DNA from: Octopus bimaculoides
Lineage: Eukaryota
Direction of reading: 5' to 3'
NCBI RefSeq assembly: GCF_001194135.2
Contig: NC_069004.1
Coordinates: 23,656,714-23,696,762, forward strand
DNA: 40,049 bases
Part shown: positions 33,553-40,049 of the stretch, in pieces
How positions within the stretch are numbered: position 1 is the stretch's first letter
Layout of the letters: every line of letters starts with the position of its first letter
The notes under the pieces: generated by a model
What the model was told of the DNA's origin: nothing
Databases searched by the model: none
What the model saw: the letters and a program-made list of their open reading frames with translations, nothing else
Made by a program: the position numbers and the translations under genes

Positions 33553-33964
33553 TATGTCAAAAAGCTTAGACATGATTTCATGGTGGACTGCAAGCAATAC
33601 CATCAAGCAATACCATCAAAAAGGCATTGTTTACAAACCAGGAAATGGAAGGCAAATACAACCTTATATAAACTTAAACACACACACACACATATGGTTG
33701 AGCAATATATTTTTGCATATGGCATATAACTGCTGAGAATGGTGCCGACAGTTTTGTGTCAGTATTGTACTGGCCAATATTGATAAGTGTTTTATGCACT
33801 GACCGGAAGCACTTGGCCATCTGGTCAGCATGTTTGAAGAGATGTCAATATTGCCAAGAGCAACAGTTGGTGCAAAAGTTTTGGTAACATTCTGACTGTT
33901 TATATACCATAATCAGGGATTTACAGTTTGACAATATAAACACATAACCAACTAACCTTTAATA

Positions 33965-34195
33965 CCACCACCATCATCATCATCAACATCATCATCATCA
34001 TTTAACACCCGTTTTCAATGCAGGCATGGGTTGGATGGTTTGACCACAGCTGACAAACTGGAGAGCTGCACCAGGTTCCATTCTGATTTGACTTGGTTTC
34101 TATGGCTGGATGCCCTTCCTGACACCAACCACTGTACAGTGTGTGTGCTGGGTGCCTTTAATGTGGCACTGGCACAAGTGCTTTTAATGTGACAC
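33965..34195 (-). mobile_element. (GAT)n-tailed family fragment
   Basis: (ATC)n-ATTTAACACCCGTTTTCAATGCAGGCATGGGTTGG...GGCTGGATGCCCTTCCTGACACCAACC. Confidence 0.8.
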
Positions 34196-34436
34196 CAATA
34201 CAAACATATATATGTGTGCATGTGTACTCCTACCACACAGCCATGCTTACTTCTTTATATATAATGTGAAGATGTGGTACATGAAAAGTGTTAATAAAAC
34301 ACTCAGAGAAGGAAAGAAAGGCTGTTTTACATTTTGAGCAAAGCTCTTCTTCAGAAACAGGAGACAAAGGAAAGACCAAGAGAAAAGGAAGACGGAGGAA
34401 AAAAATCACCAACATGTCGTTATATTATATATATAT

Positions 34437-34790
<354 letters not shown>

Positions 34791-34908
34791 GATATATATC
34801 TTTGTAGAGAACAATTATCGTTTAGAGAAACTGAAGATGTGTCTAGTTCACGCTAGACATGAAACTAATAATATTTCTCTAAAACTGTTACTTTACACAT
34901 ACAAATAA

Positions 34909-34972
<64 letters not shown>

Positions 34973-35004
34973 GTATATATATATATATATATTTATTGGG
35001 GCTG

Positions 35005-35360
35005 GTGTGGCTGTATGGTTAGTAGTTTGCTCTCCAACCACATGCTTCTGAGTTCATCCCCACTGTGTGATACCTTGGGCAAGGTGTCTTCATCTATAAT
35101 CCTGGGCCAACCCAGAGCTTTGTGAGTGGCTTTTGGCAGATGGGAACTGAAAGAAGCCCATTGAATATATATGTATATATCTGTGTGTTTTCTGTGTATG
35201 TTTACATATTTGTAACCTAGCAGTTCAACAAAAGATGCCAGTAGAATAAGTACCAGGCTTATAATATAAATCTTGGGGTTGATTTGTTTGAGTAAACCGT
35301 TCAGGTTGGTGCCCCTGCATGGCCACAGTCGAATGACTGACACAAGTGAAAAATAAAAAT
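35005..35360 (+). mobile_element. Composite SINE, near full length, diverged
   Basis: Head GTGGCTGTATGGTTAG, CCTTGGGCAAG, GAACTGAAAGAAGCCC, internal TA run, 3' CATGGCCACAGTCGAATGACTG. Confidence 0.8.
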
Positions 35361-35370
35361 GTAAAGCAAA

Positions 35371-35527
35371 TAAAGATTACTTTCAGTTTCCATTTACCAA
35401 ATCTACCTGCAAATCTTTTTGGCCTGGTGCTATAGATAAAGTCACTTTCCGAAGGCCCCATGTAATGAGACTGAATCAGAAACCATGTGGCTGAGAAACG
35501 AACTTTGTAACCACATGGCCATACCTA
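35371..35527 (-). mobile_element. Composite SINE 5' half, inverted relative to 35005-35360
   Basis: CTTTCAGTTTCCATTTACCAAATC...GACTGAATCAGAAACCATGTGG...ACCACATGGCC. Confidence 0.7.
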
Positions 35528-36918
35528 CACCTAAGTATTTTTAATACTTTTTTGACTCTGTCATAGTATTTATAGTAAAAAATAAATATTAGTGACAGAA
35601 GCAGTATTAATATACTGAGAGGTAATATTTATCCCCTCTTAAACGTGGATGTTCTGTTAGAACAAACTATACTGCGGTAGATACCACGAGAGAACCTCTC
35701 ATATAGGCTTTTCACTCTCATATAGGCATATCACTAGCAGGGACATAAATCTCTGCCGTCTCCAGTGCCTAGACCACCAGATCATGTGATTCTGACCTTC
35801 CTTGGTCTTGCTAATGATGGACACTCAACCACTAGAGATAATAGTGACTCATCTCCTCACCAATAATATATAGAAAAACAGTACCAGAACGCCATCTAGA
35901 CTACGCAACCCTCAACTGTTAGTAGCTACGATACCATATATCTACATTAATAACTCTCCAATCCATNNNNNNNNNNNNNNNNNNNNNNNNNNNNNNNNNN
36001 NNNNNNNNNNNNNNNNNNNNNNNNNNNNNNNNNNNNNNNNNNNNNNNNNNNNNNNNNNNNNNNNNNNNNNNNNNNNNNNNNNNNNNNNNNNNNNNNNNNN
36101 NNNNNNNNNNNNNNNNNNNNNNNNNNNNNNNNNNNNNNNNNNNNNNNNNNNNNNNNNNNNNNNNNNNNNNNNNNNNNNNNNNNNNNNNNNNNNNNNNNNN
36201 NNNNNNNNNNNNNNNNNNNNNNNNNNNNNNNNNNNNNNNNNNNNNNNNNNNNNNNNNNNNNNNNNNNNNNNNNNNNNNNNNNNNNNNNNNNNNNNNNNNN
36301 NNNNNNNNNNNNNNNNNNNNNNNNNNNNNNNNNNNNNNNNNNNNNNNNNNNNNNNNNNNNNNNNNNNNNNNNNNNNNNNNNNNNNNNNNNNNNNNNNNNN
36401 NNNNNNNNNNNNNNNNNNNNNNNNNNNNNNNNNNNNNNNNNNNNNNNNNNNNNNNNNNNNNNNNNNNNNNNNNNNNNNNNNNNNNNNNNNNNNNNNNNNN
36501 NNNNNNNNNNNNNNNNNNNNNNNNNNNNNNNNNNNNNNNNNNNNNNNNNNNNNNNNNNNNNNNNNNNNNNNNNNNNNNNNNNNNNNNNNNNNNNNNNNNN
36601 NNNNNNNNNNNNNNNNNNNNNNNNNNNNNNNNNNNNNNNNNNNNNNNNNNNNNNNNNNNNNNNNNNNNNNNNNNNNNNNNNNNNNNNNNNNNNNNNNNNN
36701 NNNNNNNNNNNNNNNNNNNNNNNNNNNNNNNNNNNNNNNNNNNNNNNNNNNNNNNNNNNNNNNNNNNNNNNNNNNNNNNNNNNNNNNNNNNNNNNNNNNN
36801 NNNNNNNNNNNNNNNNNNNNNNNNNNNNNNNNNNNNNNNNNNNNNNNNNNNNNNNNNNNNNNNNNNNNNNNNNNNNNNNNNNNNNNNNNNNNNNNNNNNN
36901 NNNNNNNNNNNNNNNNNN

Positions 36919-36963
<45 letters not shown>

Positions 36964-36974
36964 CTATATATATA

Positions 36975-37180
36975 TGTGTGTATGTATGTGTTTGTCTGTC
37001 TGCTTGTGTGTGTCCCCACCCTTGCTTGGCAACTGATGCTGGTGTGTTTATATCCCCGTAACTTAGTCGTTCAGCAAAAGAGACTGTTAGAATAAATACT
37101 AGGCTTACAGAGAATAAGTACTGGGATTGATTTGTTTGACTAAATGTTGTCCTCCAGCATGGCCGCAGTCAAATGACTGA
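36975..37180 (+). mobile_element. Composite SINE 3' half
   Basis: TGTGTCCCCACCCTTGCTTGGCAAC...CTAGGCTTACAGAGAATAAG...CAGCATGGCCGCAGTCAAATGACTGAAA. Confidence 0.85.
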
Positions 37181-37184
37181 AAGA

Positions 37185-37186
37185 AA

Positions 37187-37243
<57 letters not shown>

Positions 37244-37742
37244 GTGTGTATATGTAAGTATAAATATATAAGTGTGTGTGTGCCTGTATATTCATACACA
37301 TTCAGATATCTGTACTCATATATACTTACATGCATATATACGCACACACACATATGCACATATATATGCACACACACACACATACAATCACACATATATA
37401 CACACACGTACATGTATGTGTGTCTGTATTTATGTGTGTGGTTATGTGTACACATATAAGGAGTATAAGGCAGTGTGGTGGTACCATTAACAGTTAACGG
37501 ACTAAAAGGCCTTATCATTATGAGGTTGTCAGAATATTTCAACAACAAAACTTATTTATGGTTATACATATACACTTGTGTGTGTCTAGGTGTGCATATG
37601 AAGATATTATCAGAATAGATTTAAGCTGAGTGGGTAGGACTCATATAGACATATAAAGTAACAACTACTTTTACGCACACATACGCACACATACATACAT
37701 GTATATGACCACAGCTGTGTGGCTGAAACAATTAAAAGAGTA

Positions 37743-37833
<91 letters not shown>

Positions 37834-37990
37834 CATACATATACATATATATACATACATACATACATATATATATACACACACACACACATATATATAT
37901 ATACATATATAATGCATATATATATATATATGCATATATATACATGCATATATATATATACACACACAACACATAATAGATGCATGCATA

Positions 37991-38032
<42 letters not shown>

Positions 38033-38101
38033 ACACATAATAGATGCATGCATATACACACACACACACACACACACACAACACATAGATACATGCATAT
38101 A

Positions 38102-38161
<60 letters not shown>

Positions 38162-38245
38162 ACACAGATACATGCATGTATATATATATATTTAAACATG
38201 TATGTATGTATATGTACAAACATAAAACATGATAGATACACACAC
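37185..38245. repeat. Extended compound (TA)n/(CA)n/(GT)n microsatellite region
   Basis: Direct reading; includes a long pure (TA)n at about 37745-37825. Confidence 0.9.
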
Positions 38246-38414
38246 AATATATTTGTTACATTTATTTAAACACAAACCTGCTCATAAACACACATGCACA
38301 GATTCGTTATTACAATTTTGCACACTTAACGTAAAATAAAACGTTTCTCACCAAAAAATACGTTCGGTTATTAAAAGCAAACACACTTACAGTGAGCAAC
38401 CTAAACGTACACCC

Positions 38415-39235
38415 TCTTCACTCTGTAATGAAACTTTACAAAAAGCACAATTCATTCTGTCTTTATGCTTACTACATTAAATGTATTCGTGGCACTTAAG
38501 TTATGGCTTGTGAATTTAATAGTGTTATGTGAAGTAGATTCATTGATGTTCAGAAACAAACTTTAACCATTTACTGCATCATATTCTTCTATTTGTTACA
38601 TGAAAGATTGCACATGATAAGAAATTTTGCACAGTGCTGGGGGTGAATCCTCAAGTTTGAAGGAGTATATTAAATCTGTATTGTGTGAGTTTCTCCCCCC
38701 CCCCCCACCATTCCTGTGTGCATGTAAATATATTGAAATACACACATAAATATGCATGTTTAGTCAAAAGTGCATGTGTCTTTTACGATAATCTTATTGT
38801 ATACAGTGCTCAGGTGCAATACACTTATGTACATAAATTTGGCATTGCCATTTTACTCACTAAGGTAAAATAAAATTCGTTTCTGAAAGTTTGTTCAGTC
38901 ATTAAAGACATACACACAAATGCACTCTCCAAATGTAACATGCATGCATGCAAACAAGCAATCCACACACACACACATAAACGCTTCACTCTATAACAAC
39001 ATTAGGCAAAAAGCAAAATTCATTGCGTCTTTATGCTACTGCATCAAATGTATGCTGGTGCTTTCAGTCATGGCACGTGAATTTAATAGTGTTACGTGAA
39101 GTAGATTCATGGATAACATTCCTCTTTTTGTTACATAAAAGATGGGACATGAGAAATATTGCTTAGTGGTGGGGGTGAATCTTCAAGTTTGAAGTTAAAT
39201 CTGTATTGAGTAATTTTTTTTACCCCCATTTCTGT
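38415..39235. repeat. Old direct duplication, two units of about 250-300 bp offset by about 567 bp
   Basis: 38415-38715 aligns with 38984-39235; the 34-nt core 38510-38543 vs 39077-39110 differs at one base. Confidence 0.8.
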
Positions 39236-39255
39236 ATATAACCATATATACATAC

Positions 39256-39295
<40 letters not shown>

Positions 39296-39299
<4 letters not shown>

Positions 39300-39759
39300 T
39301 CATCATCATCATCATCGTTTAACGTCCGCTTTCCATGCTAGCATGGGTTGGACGATTTGACTGAGGACTGGTGAAACCGGATGGCAACACCAGGCTCNNN
39401 NNNNNNNNNNNNNNNNNNNNNNNNNNNNNNNNNNNNNNNNNNNNNNNNNNNNNNNNNNNNNNNNNNNNNNNNNNNNNNNNNNNNNNNNNNNNNNNNNNNN
39501 NNNNNNNNNNNNNNNNNNNNNNNNNNNNNNNNNNNNNNNNNNNNNNNNNNNNNNNNNNNNNNNNNNNNNNNNNNNNNNNNNNNNNNNNNNNNNNNNNNNN
39601 NNNNNNNNNNNNNNNNNNNNNNNNATACATATATATATGGATATATATATATGGAGCCTGGTGTTGCCATCCGGTTTCACCAGTCCTCAGTCAAATCGTC
39701 CAACCCATGCTAGCATGGAAAGCGGACGTTAAACGATGATGATGATGATGATGATGATG
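39296..39759. repeat. Perfect inverted repeat of (GAT)n-family 3' ends around an N gap
   Basis: 39296-39397 equals the reverse complement of 39654-39759 with no mismatch seen outside the microsatellite. Confidence 0.85.
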
Positions 39760-39835
39760 TCTACACACACACACACACATATATATATATACTTATATAT
39801 ATATATATATATAGTCTTATATATATATATATAGT

Positions 39836-40017
39836 CTTTTACTTGTTTTAGTCATTCGACTGTGGCCATGCTGGAGCACTGCCTTTAGTTGTACAAGTTG
39901 ACCCCAGGACTTATTCTTTGTAAGCCTGGTACTTATTCTATTGATCTCTTTTGCTGAGCTGCTAAGTTACAGGGGCATAAACACACCAACATCGGTTGTC
40001 AAGTGATGGTGAGGGGA

Positions 40018-40025
<8 letters not shown>
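39836..40025 (-). mobile_element. Composite SINE 3' half
   Basis: CTTTTACTTGTTTTAGTCATTCGACTGTGGCCATGCTGGAGCAC...GCTAAGTTACAGGGG...GGGGACAAACAC. Confidence 0.85.

Positions 40026-40049
<24 letters not shown>

Noticed and set aside
33735-33890. YWP...CQYCQ peptide resembling an integrase zinc finger
   Set aside because: Spacing is wrong and there is no other LTR-element signature.

Overview
Eukaryotic, AT-rich, repeat-saturated DNA with 11 N gaps (5241-5356, 7501-7510, 14995-15574, 17658-17709, 18426-18504, 19241-20148, 21629-21669, 22878-23499, 32413-32512, 35967-36918, 39398-39624). The SINE families and microsatellite density look like an Octopus (cephalopod) scaffold; this is inferred from remembered repeat sequences, not from a search. 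No host protein-coding gene can be supported, and almost all listed ORFs are translations of microsatellites or N runs. The window holds dozens of tRNA-derived SINE copies, three 3' fragments of restriction-like-endonuclease (R4/Dong-type) LINEs, an RTE LINE fragment, a Tc1/mariner (maT-like) 5' fragment and a Penelope-like element (PLE) 3' fragment. The most notable signal is a set of minimal type-I hammerhead ribozyme (HHR) motifs read by eye. Two sequence-unrelated fold-back elements (6467-6869 and 17489-18299) each carry a mirrored, outward-facing HHR pair. A solo HHR with a canonical core lies at 28259-28322 (-). A decayed HHR lies downstream of the PLE endonuclease remnant (16356-16404, -). 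All coordinates were counted by hand, and repeat boundaries are approximate to about 10-20 nt unless stated.
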